DNA from: Candidatus Limnocylindrales bacterium
GTDB lineage: Bacteria; Moduliflexota; Moduliflexia; Moduliflexales; JAUQPW01
Direction of reading: 5' to 3'
Assembly: GCA_035559535.1 (NCBI GenBank)
Contig: DATMBG010000044.1
Coordinates: 62,001-126,000 of the forward strand
DNA length: 64,000 nucleotides
Positions 1 through 8,886 of the stretch are shown here, piece by piece. Positions within the stretch are counted from its first letter, which is position 1; every line of letters begins with the position of its first letter. Under the pieces are notes generated by a model. It was not told the origin of the DNA and made no database searches. It was given only the letters and a program-made list of their open reading frames with translations. Both the position numbers and the translations under genes were made by a program.

Positions 1-451
1 AAGCGTCTTTCTTTTTTTCACTTTGAGGGTAGGCCTCTAGGAGGCGTTGAAAGGTCGAAGCAGCCCCGGCATAATCTTCCAAAAGAAATTGAGACCGACC
101 CAGTTTGTATAACGCCTGATCGGGGATATGGATGGCAGGATCCATTTTTTGCTTACTACTTTCAGCTTTCTGAAAACCTGCAAGGGCGGCTTGATAGGCT
201 TTGATGGCTTCTGAATATCGTTTTTGAGCAAAATCACATTCCCCCATAAGAAATTGAACATAAGGGGCCCGAGGACTTTTAGGAAATTTATTTAAAAATT
301 TTTGAGCCTGATCTTTTGCAGAATCGAAAAGACCGTCTTTATAAAGACCGCCCAGAATGGTATAAACTTCATCTTCGGTTTCAGCGGCCCATACGCTAAC
401 ACTCAAAAAAAGGAAAAAGAGAATACCTCCTAGGACTTTACCGGATGTCAT
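1..451 (-). CDS. Secreted TPR protein (CpoB/BamD-like repeats), 3' end runs off the window
   Basis: Not in the ORF track. Manual translation from ATG at 451: MTSGKVLGGILFFLFLSVSVWAAETEDEVY...FLNKFPKSPRAPYVQFLMGEC...ALYKLGRSQFLLEDYAGAASTFQRLLEAYPQS; open to the window edge; starts 1 nt after the stop of the upstream TPR gene. Confidence 0.8.
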   Translation of the reverse strand, partial: MTSGKVLGGILFFLFLSVSVWAAETEDEVYTILGGLYKDGLFDSAKDQAQKFLNKFPKSPRAPYVQFLMGECDFAQKRYSEAIKAYQAALAGFQKAESSKQKMDPAIHIPDQALYKLGRSQFLLEDYAGAASTFQRLLEAYPQSEKKKDA

Positions 452-452
452 A

Positions 453-1217
453 TTATTCTAGAATATCCAGATACCGCCGCGCATTGTTAGCCAGCTCACT
501 TCCCTCGGGAGCCAATTTTAAAACCTCTTTAAATTGTTTAATAGCTTCTTCTCTTTCACCCAATTTCATATAAGCAAGTCCCAGATTGGAGTAGGGTTCC
601 ACGTAATTGGGATTGATCTCAACGGCCCGTTTAAATTTCTTGATGGCTTCATGGACCCGATTAAGACGAAAAAGAGCCACCCCATATTTATTCACGGCCC
701 AATCAAAATCCGGGTAAAGATTGGTCGCGATCCGAAATTCTTCCAAAGCTTCCACCAAATCTCCTTTTTCCAATAAGGCATATCCGATATTGTAATGAGC
801 CAGGGCCGGGGTTCGATATAGTGGATCACTTAGAGCAATGCGATACTCTTTAATAGCCCGGTCCCACATTCCCATTCGGGAATAGGCGGCACCTAAATTA
901 TTATGGGCTTCTACAAAATCCCCATTCAACTGGATCGCTTTCTGAAAATTCTGCGCTGCGGTATCAAATTTCTCTTCTCCAAAATAAACAAGACCTATAG
1001 CATTATAGATCTTGGGGTCGTGGGGATAAAGCGTTTTAGCTTTTTCTAAAGCGGCCAGGGCGTCTATCAGTTTTCCCCGATTCAGCAAAGATACCCCTAA
1101 ATCGTAGTGCGCCTCGGCCTGTGCTCGTTGTTCTTCGACTTTTATTTGAGAGGCACAGCCTGTTATGATCAACGTTACAAAAATAGCCGGATAAACTACT
1201 AAAACTTTAACGATCAT
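453..1217 (-). CDS. TPR lipoprotein, PilF/PilW/Tgl-like pilotin
   Basis: Lipobox IITG-C after a hydrophobic signal; about 6 TPR motifs (AHNNLGAAY, AHYNIGYAL, PYSNLGLAY); 'LSDPLYRTP' segment typical of PilF-like proteins. Confidence 0.75.
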   Translation of the reverse strand: MIVKVLVVYPAIFVTLIITGCASQIKVEEQRAQAEAHYDLGVSLLNRGKLIDALAALEKAKTLYPHDPKIYNAIGLVYFGEEKFDTAAQNFQKAIQLNGDFVEAHNNLGAAYSRMGMWDRAIKEYRIALSDPLYRTPALAHYNIGYALLEKGDLVEALEEFRIATNLYPDFDWAVNKYGVALFRLNRVHEAIKKFKRAVEINPNYVEPYSNLGLAYMKLGEREEAIKQFKEVLKLAPEGSELANNARRYLDILE

Positions 1218-1493
1218 CCTAACCCTCCTCTCACAGTACTATACCGTCTAAACGCGCTACATTAATACTCTTACAGCCCTTACCTTAATTTTTACAGAAC
1301 TCAACCGAATTTGTCAATAAAGTTTGTTGATAAATTTATCCCTTTTGGTTTAAAGCTTGCATATCTGATCTGGTCTAGATTTACTCGCCTTTGTGATCTT
1401 GACAAATCTTGACAAGGGTGAATCTCTTGAAGTAAGAATATTAAGAACCAGGCAAATACGTCAACGGCTTTTTGGACAGGATTGGACTTCTTT

Positions 1494-1635
1494 ATGGAGT
1501 TAACAAAGCTTTTGAAGGAACTGAAAGAGGCCTTGTACCAAATCTACCGGAAAACTTTTGTGGTGTTTACCTCCATGGCTCTTATGCCAGGCAAGGGGAG
1601 GACCTGGAATCGGATATAAAGTTGCCATTGTCTAA
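1494..1635 (+). pseudogene. Frameshifted remnant of a minimal nucleotidyltransferase (MNT)
   Basis: ATG 1494 gives MELTKLLKELKEALYQIY; shifted frame ENFCGVYLHGSYARQGEDLESDI; second shift VAIV-stop; matches the Pol-beta-type GSxARG...SDxD motif. Confidence 0.6.
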
Positions 1636-1666
1636 CCAGAGATGAGAAAAACCAGACGCATTTTCC

Positions 1667-1695
1667 TTGACGTTTTGACCTGCTGCCTGTATGTT
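1667..1695 (+). promoter_or_regulatory. Candidate sigma70 promoter of purH
   Basis: TTGACG-17 nt-TATGTT about 30 nt upstream of the ATG. Confidence 0.45.
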
Positions 1696-1725
1696 AAGTA
1701 AGCGTTTAGTTGTGGGGGAGCCCTT

Positions 1726-3282
1726 ATGAATACTCCAAAGAGAGCCCTTATTAGTGTTTCCAATAAACAAGGAATTGTAGAGTTTGCTCAAGCCCTTGAT
1801 CAAATGGGATTTGACTTGATTTCTACAGGCGGAACGGCCACGCTGTTGTCAGAGTTCGGGCTTTCCGTGAAGCGGGTCTCGGATTTAACCCATTTTCCGG
1901 AAATCTTGAATGGCAGAGTTAAAACACTTCATCCTATGATCCACGGGGGGATTCTGGCGAACCTGGAAGACCCTCAGCATGTTAAGGAAATCTCGGAGCA
2001 GGGAATTTTACCTATTTCTCTGGTGGTAGTTAACTTGTATCCCTTTCGGGAAACCGTATCAAAACCGGCCGTTACTTTGGAGGAAGCTATTGAAAACATT
2101 GATATTGGGGGGCCGACTCTTCTTCGTGCAGCGGCAAAAAATTACCGAAATGTTACCGTCATCTGTGATCCCCGGGATTATGGAAAGGTTTTGAATGAAC
2201 TTAAGCAGCATTCTGGAACGGTAAGTCTGGAAACCCGGTTTAAATTGGCCTATAAAGCTTTTGCCCATACGGCTTCTTATGATATCACCATTACCCGCTA
2301 TCTTTCTTCCACCCTTACCTTTCCCGACTATTGGTTTTTGGATCTGGAGAAGGTACAAGATCTCCGTTATGGTGAAAATCCTCATCAGCGGGCGGCCCTT
2401 TACAGAGATTTATCTGTTGCAGGCCCTTCTCTAACCAAGGCCCGGCAACTTCAAGGAAAGGAGTTATCTTTCAATAATATTTTTGACCTGAATGCCGCCC
2501 TGGAATTAATTTTAGAGTTCACGTCGGAAGGAGAATTATTCCAACCGGCGGCAGCCATTATTAAACATACAAATCCCTGTGGTGTTGCTCTGGGACAGTC
2601 TCTTGCTGAAGCATATCGTCGTGCCAGGTCTTGTGATCCGGTTTCGGCTTTTGGGGGGATTGTGGCCTTAAATACCACCGTAGATGTAGAAACGGCTCAA
2701 GAACTGACCTCAACCTTTATCGAGGCGGTCATTGCTCCGGCGTTTGAGGAAGCAGCCCTGGCTGTTTTACAGAAGAAAAAAAATCTAAGGGTGCTCTGCT
2801 TGGATTTTTCTACTCTGGCCGGGGAAAAGTATGACGTTAAAAAAGTTTCAGGAGGTGTACTGATCCAGGAAAAAGATGTCTTAGATTTAAACCCTCAGGA
2901 ACTTAAAGTAGTGACTAAGCGTCAGCCAACTCCTCAAGAGATGAAAGGATTACGGTTTGCCTGGAAAGTGGTAAAACACGTTAAATCCAACGGCATTGTG
3001 TATGCTACTGAAACCGAGACGGTAGGTATCGGGGCCGGACAGATGAGCCGGGTAGATGCTTCTAGAATAGCGATTATGAAAGCACAACGGTCGCTTCAAG
3101 GAACCGTTGTGGCATCTGACGCCTTTTTCCCATTTCGGGACGGGGTCGACGCAGCCGCAGAAGTAGGGGCTACGGCGATCATTCAGCCGGGAGGGTCTCT
3201 ACGGGATCCTGAGGTTATTGCCGCAGCTGATGAACATGGAATGGCCATGGTTTTTACACAGGTTCGGCACTTTAAACATTAG
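1726..3282 (+). CDS. purH: Bifunctional AICAR formyltransferase / IMP cyclohydrolase
   Basis: [58 protein letters not shown]. Confidence 0.98.
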   Translation: MNTPKRALISVSNKQGIVEFAQALDQMGFDLISTGGTATLLSEFGLSVKRVSDLTHFPEILNGRVKTLHPMIHGGILANLEDPQHVKEISEQGILPISLVVVNLYPFRETVSKPAVTLEEAIENIDIGGPTLLRAAAKNYRNVTVICDPRDYGKVLNELKQHSGTVSLETRFKLAYKAFAHTASYDITITRYLSSTLTFPDYWFLDLEKVQDLRYGENPHQRAALYRDLSVAGPSLTKARQLQGKELSFNNIFDLNAALELILEFTSEGELFQPAAAIIKHTNPCGVALGQSLAEAYRRARSCDPVSAFGGIVALNTTVDVETAQELTSTFIEAVIAPAFEEAALAVLQKKKNLRVLCLDFSTLAGEKYDVKKVSGGVLIQEKDVLDLNPQELKVVTKRQPTPQEMKGLRFAWKVVKHVKSNGIVYATETETVGIGAGQMSRVDASRIAIMKAQRSLQGTVVASDAFFPFRDGVDAAAEVGATAIIQPGGSLRDPEVIAAADEHGMAMVFTQVRHFKH

Positions 3283-3348
3283 GGTAAGGGTTCGTCGTCT
3301 TTCGTCCGTCGTTGAAGGTTTAGAAGGATGGGTTATTAACAACGGATA

Positions 3349-4539
3349 ATGGAGGATGGACAACGGACGTTTATGGCTCCACATACCAAGCAAGATGTAC
3401 AAATCGATGTAAAAGGTGGGTTTGTTAAATCCCTAGAAGATGGAAAAGTTCTCATACGAGCTCTGGGGTTTGAGATAGTTATTCGGATTGTATCGATCGG
3501 TCATACCTGTTTAAGACCTATCCAGATAGAGCTGGAAAATGTTGCAGGCAATCGGGTTCAAGTATTAGAAAAAGACCAGCTTATAAGCCCCCTAGAGCGA
3601 AGCCCTCGAAGTATTTGTTTTCAGGTAATACCCGGAATTAAGAAAGAGATAGTTGTTAAGACGGAGCTTCCTGAAGAAGATATTCGCTTTATCATCTTCG
3701 GAGATAATCATGCCGTTCTTCCTAATTTACGGGAAATTGTTGAGACTGCAAATCGGAATCAGGTCCATTTTGTAGTGCCCAATGGAGACCTGGTTCACAG
3801 CGGACGTGTAGAAGAATACCATGAGATCTTGAAGGAACTTAATCGGCTGGAAATGCCTTTTTTTACATCCATCGGGAATCATGATAAACGAGTTCGAAAC
3901 GGGAGAAAAAACTATAAAAGCTTTTTGGGTCCTTTTTATTATGCCTTTGATTACGGGGAAGTTCATTTCATAGTCCTGGATAGCTCCAGGAAACGGGGGA
4001 TTGATCGATTCCAGTATAGATGGCTAGAACGGGAGTTGGAGGCTTCTCGTGGAAAGCGGATTATCGTTTTTCTACACCGCCCGGCTTTTTGTCCAGGATA
4101 TGGATACGCCTGTTTTTCAGATCCTTTTAATACCAGAAAGTTTGTAGATCTCATGGAGAAATACCGGGTTGAGGCTGTTTTTAGCTCTCACATTCATATT
4201 TATGAGAACTTTACCCGAAACGGGGTTCGCTATTTTGTGACAGGGGGAGGGGGGGGCGTCCTCTGGCAGACCAGCACTTTCCATCACTATCTGCAGGTTT
4301 TTGTTAAAAAAACCGGTATCCACGTAGAGGTTATCAAACTGCCGACTCCAGAAGCCCGGTTAAAAGAACGCCTAAAAGAAGGAATTAAGTTCAATCTGGA
4401 GTTTCATCTGAAGAAAAAACGCCAAATGCGAGCCCAGAGGCGAAAGAAATACTTGGAGTGGTTAGGACTTACTCTAGCTGGCGTAGGAATCCTTGGATTA
4501 AGAAGATTAAGAAGACGTCTTCCTATTCCTAAAAAATAA
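3349..4539 (+). CDS. Calcineurin-like metallophosphoesterase with C-terminal hydrophobic anchor (start may be ATG 3373)
   Basis: FGDNH, NGDLV, GNHD, LH, SHIH, TGGGG motifs; first 8 codons overlap a heptamer repeat. Confidence 0.85.
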   Translation: MEDGQRTFMAPHTKQDVQIDVKGGFVKSLEDGKVLIRALGFEIVIRIVSIGHTCLRPIQIELENVAGNRVQVLEKDQLISPLERSPRSICFQVIPGIKKEIVVKTELPEEDIRFIIFGDNHAVLPNLREIVETANRNQVHFVVPNGDLVHSGRVEEYHEILKELNRLEMPFFTSIGNHDKRVRNGRKNYKSFLGPFYYAFDYGEVHFIVLDSSRKRGIDRFQYRWLERELEASRGKRIIVFLHRPAFCPGYGYACFSDPFNTRKFVDLMEKYRVEAVFSSHIHIYENFTRNGVRYFVTGGGGGVLWQTSTFHHYLQVFVKKTGIHVEVIKLPTPEARLKERLKEGIKFNLEFHLKKKRQMRAQRRKKYLEWLGLTLAGVGILGLRRLRRRLPIPKK

Positions 4540-4546
4540 AGGGTGG

Positions 4547-5302
4547 TTATTTCCATATCTTCTCAATGGTCATAATTTCAGATGCCGTAGGATAAAGCCA
4601 AAGCATTTTGCTATCGGAAGCCATCACGGAGCATTCGGAATTTTTTTCGCTGGGATGACAACCCGGTTGATGAGTCAGGCCTAAAGCGTGGTACAGCTCG
4701 TGTTTTGTAACCGCTACCATGGCCGATTTTATTTTCTCCACAGGTTCTTTAAACTCCAAAACTTTATTATACCCTATCACGGTTAGATCCGAAAGTCCAA
4801 AAATAAAGGACTGAGGGTGTGCAACCAGGCATTCGATATAGTCATATTTATCATCTTCATACGTTGGATCGAGTCCCCAAAGTTTCCATTCTTTATCTAC
4901 GATGAGGGTTATGCCAGGGTGCGTTCGGATCAAATTCAGAAGGGTTCGGCCTCGGGGTGATCCCTGTACAGCCTTTAAGTAGAAAGAGTCGTTATAAAGA
5001 CCCAAAAACAGGTCTGCACCTTCTGTCCATTCTACCACAGATAGAGGAACGGCCGAGGTAAAAAGAATTTCTCGATCCAGCTCGGAGATGGCAGATTTAA
5101 AAATGTTATGGACATTTATCTGATAAACCTTCTCCTCCATTTTAAACTCTCGCATGGGAGGCCCCAGGAGAAACACACTAATCTGCCCTTGAGACTTCCA
5201 CTTATGAATTCTCCCCAGAGGCATTTCTTGAGCGGAGAGGATGGAAGAATAAAAGCCCAGGATTAAAAGGATTATCCCAACCATTTTTATAAGATGTTTC
5301 AT
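4547..5302 (-). CDS. Secreted metzincin-type zinc metalloprotease-like protein
   Basis: Signal peptide; HELYHALGLTH (HExxHxxGxxH) followed by CSVM Met-turn. Confidence 0.7.
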   Translation of the reverse strand: MKHLIKMVGIILLILGFYSSILSAQEMPLGRIHKWKSQGQISVFLLGPPMREFKMEEKVYQINVHNIFKSAISELDREILFTSAVPLSVVEWTEGADLFLGLYNDSFYLKAVQGSPRGRTLLNLIRTHPGITLIVDKEWKLWGLDPTYEDDKYDYIECLVAHPQSFIFGLSDLTVIGYNKVLEFKEPVEKIKSAMVAVTKHELYHALGLTHQPGCHPSEKNSECSVMASDSKMLWLYPTASEIMTIEKIWK

Positions 5303-5480
5303 ACCTTTACCCCCTAAGAAAACCCGATTCTAATTCTTCTCTGTATCCTTTTTATACTTTTTCAGATCCTTAAAGGATACAAAAACTCTAGAGGATACAA
5401 AGACTCTCCTGACAGGTTTGCCTTTAAATATATTTTATACCTTTTAGCTCGACAACGGTAAATCAGGTTTTAACCTTAAA

Positions 5481-5632
5481 AGCTCCATAGGAACCACTGG
5501 TTTGTAGCCACTAAGCCTGTAGGAGCGGCCTATGAAATTCTGGCATGGTTTTGATACCCGGTTTACTCCTCTGAAGCTAAAAGATCCGGGGGTGAGACTC
5601 TGTTGGCTACAAATAGACTGTCCTGCCGGTAC
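5481..5632. repeat. Degenerate REP/REPIN-like inverted-repeat element
   Basis: TTTGTAGCCA (5501-5510) / TGGCTACAAA (5604-5613) inverted pair with internal GTAGGAGCG-like motifs. Confidence 0.5.
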
Positions 5633-5658
5633 TTTTTCGGTAATTTAACAGGGTTGAG

Positions 5659-6249
5659 TTAGATAGATCTATATTTTTGGGCCAGTCTCTGAAAATCTTC
5701 CCAGGCTTCCCGTTTTTTAGAGGGATCCCTGAGCAAGTAAGCCGGATGAAAAGTTGGTAACACGTCAGCATCCAGGGCTTCATATTTAAGCCATTTTCCT
5801 CGGATTTTGGTGATGCTTTCCTTTATCCCCAGTAAAGCCTTTAAGGCTGGAGATCCAAGCGTACAGATAATCTTTGGCTTGAGGAGTTTAAGTTGCGCAA
5901 CCAAAAACGGATTACAGGCATTTATTTCGGCCTGGGTAGGGGTTTTATTATTGGGTGGTCGGCACTTAATCGCATTGCAAATATAAACTTCCTTTCTGGT
6001 TAAGTTGATGGATTGCAGCATCTTATTCAAAAGCATTCCAGACTTACCAACAAAAGGAATCCCCTGTCGATCTTCTTCTTCTCCAGGAGCTTCTCCGATA
6101 AAGACCAGTTTAGCTTGAGGATTACCATCTCCAAAAACTACCCGGGCATGACTGCAACGGGAACACCGAAACTTTTTAATATGGTCTTCAAGCTCCGAAA
6201 GGGAAGTAAACTCTTGCACAGGTAAATTGAATAAATCTCTATCGGCCAT
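5659..6249 (-). CDS. udg: Uracil-DNA glycosylase, family 4
   Basis: CSRC, GEAPG, PFVG, KCRPP, HPAYLLR motifs. Confidence 0.93.
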   Translation of the reverse strand: MADRDLFNLPVQEFTSLSELEDHIKKFRCSRCSHARVVFGDGNPQAKLVFIGEAPGEEEDRQGIPFVGKSGMLLNKMLQSINLTRKEVYICNAIKCRPPNNKTPTQAEINACNPFLVAQLKLLKPKIICTLGSPALKALLGIKESITKIRGKWLKYEALDADVLPTFHPAYLLRDPSKKREAWEDFQRLAQKYRSI

Positions 6250-6649
6250 GTAAACAAGCTCCTAAGTTAAGCATCATAAGATTAAGGGTTACCGAACCTT
6301 GCTCGAACAACCACCGATTCTGGATCCCATAAGCTTCTTTCTCTCGCAGGGTCCAGCTTTCACAATCGCTTTTCCCATCGAATTTCCCACTTACCTGCTG
6401 AACATAATGCACAAGCTCGTGGAGCAAGACGCTACGCGCCAAAACACTTCCCTTTAGATCTAAAGTATCATCGAGATAAATTTCATTGGTTTCCAATGAA
6501 AACCATCCCAGAATTTGACAAGGCTTATGACAGGCCTTTTCCTCCAGAACCGCATGGGGAACCAGATGGACTATGGGGAGTTGCTCAGGAATAGGATACC
6601 CGCCTAATAGTTTGATCGATGAAAGCAAGATTAAGATCAATTCGTTCAT
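6239..6649 (-). CDS. Small exported HExxH protein (DUF6647-like)
   Basis: Hydrophobic N-terminus; IYLDD, SVLLHELVHYVQ, C-x4-REKEAY-x-IQ-x-RW. Confidence 0.6.
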   Translation of the reverse strand: MNELILILLSSIKLLGGYPIPEQLPIVHLVPHAVLEEKACHKPCQILGWFSLETNEIYLDDTLDLKGSVLARSVLLHELVHYVQQVSGKFDGKSDCESWTLREKEAYGIQNRWLFEQGSVTLNLMMLNLGACLHGR

Positions 6650-6713
6650 ACCAATACCTTTTGTTTAAGATTATATCACGTTTCATTTCTTCTTTATAAC
6701 TTTTTTGTAAGTA

Positions 6714-6729
6714 TGCAAGTGAAATGCCA
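6714..6729 (-). promoter_or_regulatory. sigma54 (-24/-12) promoter
   Basis: Minus strand reads TGGCATTTCACTTGCA (GG-N10-GC), 65 nt upstream of the 6649 ATG. Confidence 0.65.
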
Positions 6730-6786
6730 CAACTTATCCTGGGGAAGCTTATGCTGGATTAAGAACCTTTTTATTGATAAAAACAA

Positions 6787-6815
6787 AAACCCGTTTTCCT
6801 AAAGAAAACGGGTTT
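6787..6815. terminator. Intrinsic terminator downstream of the xox operon
   Basis: AAACCCGTTTTC-CTAAA-GAAAACGGGTTT 12-bp stem flanked by A- and T-rich tracts. Confidence 0.75.
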
Positions 6816-6925
6816 CTTTCTCTTGGACTCGAAGTATAAGAGTCTCTATCTACCTAGGAAACAGTTTCCTACAACCCTTGGGCTATCTTTACTAAAACTC
6901 ATCCCCAGGCAATCTGGATTCTTTC

Positions 6926-7909
6926 CTATCTTAATGTCAGGAGATAGGCCAGAAGGTCGTTCAACTGCTGTTCGTTCAACAATTCAGAGTAATTATTTGG
7001 CATCAACGAGGTTTTGGATATGATCGTTTGTTGGATTTCGCCTTTGGGAATTGCCTGAAGTTTTCCATCTGCCGTTGCCAATTCCACCGAAGAATCGTCT
7101 TCAGCTTTCTTAATTCCGGTTATATTTCGTCCGTCTTTGGTTGTAATAACCGTGGTCTCGAAACCGGATACGATGACGGCACTGGGTTTTAAAATAGATT
7201 CACGAATATAGTCCGGAGATCGGCGACCTATTTTAGAAAGAACAGGTCCCACTTCACCGCCCTTTTCCTTAGCGATATGGCAATTGGCACAAGCCTCAGC
7301 TCCCAGGATCTGGGTATCGAAGAATATTTTTTCTCCGGCAGCCGGGTCTCCCTTCACAGCGGGGGTTTCAGGGGCTGGAGCGATACCTGCGGCTCCAGAG
7401 GTTTTGGTTGCCACATGTCCTTGGGGCCAATTCTTAGGTATATCCCATTGAGTTTCATCGGGCCTTCCCGGGGGAAGAATTCCTTCAGATCTGGCCCTTA
7501 CGTAAAGATAGACATCCCGAATTTTTTCATCATCTAATAACGTTGCCCAGGCGGGCATTCCCTTCGGGACTCTCCCCTCTTTAACGGTTTTGAAAAACTC
7601 CTCATCGGTCAGTACTTTAACAGATTCCCTCAAATTCGGTGCCAGAAAACTCCCCAGGGCATCCACCCCATGGCATCGGTAGCAGTAAACATGCCAAAAC
7701 TTCCATCCGGTATAGATCTTCTGATAGAGTTCTGGAGAAGATTCTTTAGCCTGCTGGGCAGCAGCTTCTGGAATAGGTTGGAACTGGCCGATGAAAAATC
7801 CTAAAATCCAAACAATCGTTGTAAGAATCAGGATGTTTTGTGGCATTGCCGGATATACCCTTTCAAAGGGACATGTGGAACCTTGATCGGCTGCTCGTTT
7901 ACCTGTCAT
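6926..7909 (-). CDS. xoxG: XoxG-like cytochrome c fused to a second heme c domain (diheme); alternative start ATG 7846
   Basis: Signal peptide; CYRCH...GMPAW domain; Ala/Pro linker; GDPAAGEKIF...CANCH...VGPVLSKIG...IRESILKPS...SLMP domain; follows xoxF-xoxJ with an ATGA overlap. Confidence 0.75.
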   Translation of the reverse strand: MTGKRAADQGSTCPFERVYPAMPQNILILTTIVWILGFFIGQFQPIPEAAAQQAKESSPELYQKIYTGWKFWHVYCYRCHGVDALGSFLAPNLRESVKVLTDEEFFKTVKEGRVPKGMPAWATLLDDEKIRDVYLYVRARSEGILPPGRPDETQWDIPKNWPQGHVATKTSGAAGIAPAPETPAVKGDPAAGEKIFFDTQILGAEACANCHIAKEKGGEVGPVLSKIGRRSPDYIRESILKPSAVIVSGFETTVITTKDGRNITGIKKAEDDSSVELATADGKLQAIPKGEIQQTIISKTSLMPNNYSELLNEQQLNDLLAYLLTLR

Positions 7910-8796
7910 TGTGTATTCTCCTTTCCATCAATAAGTGGAACACCGTAATCCTCTAGAATTTTTCGGATCTCAGTTTTTTTCTTATCGAGTATCTCTTCTA
8001 ATTTTGCTTTCAATTCTTTATCTGACTTTCTAACCCCTATGGAAATATCATAAACAAAGGGTTGGCTATCGGGGCCCCCATCCAGGAGTGGGACTATTTC
8101 GATAGGTATGGGTTGTTTTTTTGCAAAATAACCTGCAATAGCGCCCCATACAATGGCTACATCCAGTTTACCGGCGGCTAGATCGTCGATAATCTTTCCC
8201 GGATAATTCTCCTGGGGGTCATAAAACACTTCATAGCCCACCACGTTTTTGGTAATTCCTCGTTCACTCAGCGCGATATGAGGTGGGGTATTAACGTAAA
8301 CGCCGATTTTAACCTCCTTGAGAATCGGATCATCCAGAGATTTAATCTGGAAACCTTTATTTTTTGGATAGGCAATTACATAACTGGTGCGATAATAAGG
8401 CTTGGTCCAGAGGACTGGATCATACCCTTTGGGGATTCCCATAACGATATCACACATTTTGGTTCCCAGGGTGGTTCTGATAAATCCGCGTCGTTGGGGC
8501 CACCAATAATAAGTCGGCGATTCGCCTAGTTCTTTTGCCATCAATTCGGCAATTTTATTTTCAAATCCCTCCAATTTTTGGTTGGAATAAGGTAGGTTAT
8601 CTGGATCGGCGCAAACCCGAAATCCACCCTTTGCCGGACCCTGCAGGTTCTGATTTATCCATTCTTCTACGGTCCATGCCTTTGGCGCTAATAAAGGTAA
8701 CAAAATAACCACCATGAGTATCCCTACAGGGTTTAACTTTTTTTTATTTTTAGTTTTCAATTTAAACAACTTCTCCACTTCCAAAAACGCCATCAC
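7906..8796 (-). CDS. xoxJ: Periplasmic XoxJ/MoxJ methanol oxidation protein
   Basis: RVCADPDNLPYSN, GFENKIAEL, QRRGFIR, TKPYYRTSY, DVAIVWG; lies directly after the MDH gene. Confidence 0.92.
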   Translation of the reverse strand: MMAFLEVEKLFKLKTKNKKKLNPVGILMVVILLPLLAPKAWTVEEWINQNLQGPAKGGFRVCADPDNLPYSNQKLEGFENKIAELMAKELGESPTYYWWPQRRGFIRTTLGTKMCDIVMGIPKGYDPVLWTKPYYRTSYVIAYPKNKGFQIKSLDDPILKEVKIGVYVNTPPHIALSERGITKNVVGYEVFYDPQENYPGKIIDDLAAGKLDVAIVWGAIAGYFAKKQPIPIEIVPLLDGGPDSQPFVYDISIGVRKSDKELKAKLEEILDKKKTEIRKILEDYGVPLIDGKENTQ

Positions 8797-8824
8797 CCCG
8801 CCGAAGCGAGGTGATGATCTGACA

Positions 8825-8861
8825 TATTGTAGGATGAATTTTGAAAGTTCATCCTACAATA
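8825..8861. repeat. Perfect 14-bp GTAG/CTAC REP-like hairpin between xoxF and xoxJ
   Basis: TATTGTAGGATGAA-TTTTGAAAG-TTCATCCTACAATA. Confidence 0.8.
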
Positions 8862-8886
8862 CGTAGCAGGAAAAATAATTTTTACC

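Noticed and set aside
1630-1725. ZTP (pfl) riboswitch before purH
   Set aside because: No recognisable aptamer, and the candidate promoter leaves only about 25 nt of leader
5541-5556. TGGCATGGTTTTGA as a sigma54 promoter
   Set aside because: Lacks the -12 GC at the required spacing and lies inside a REP-like element
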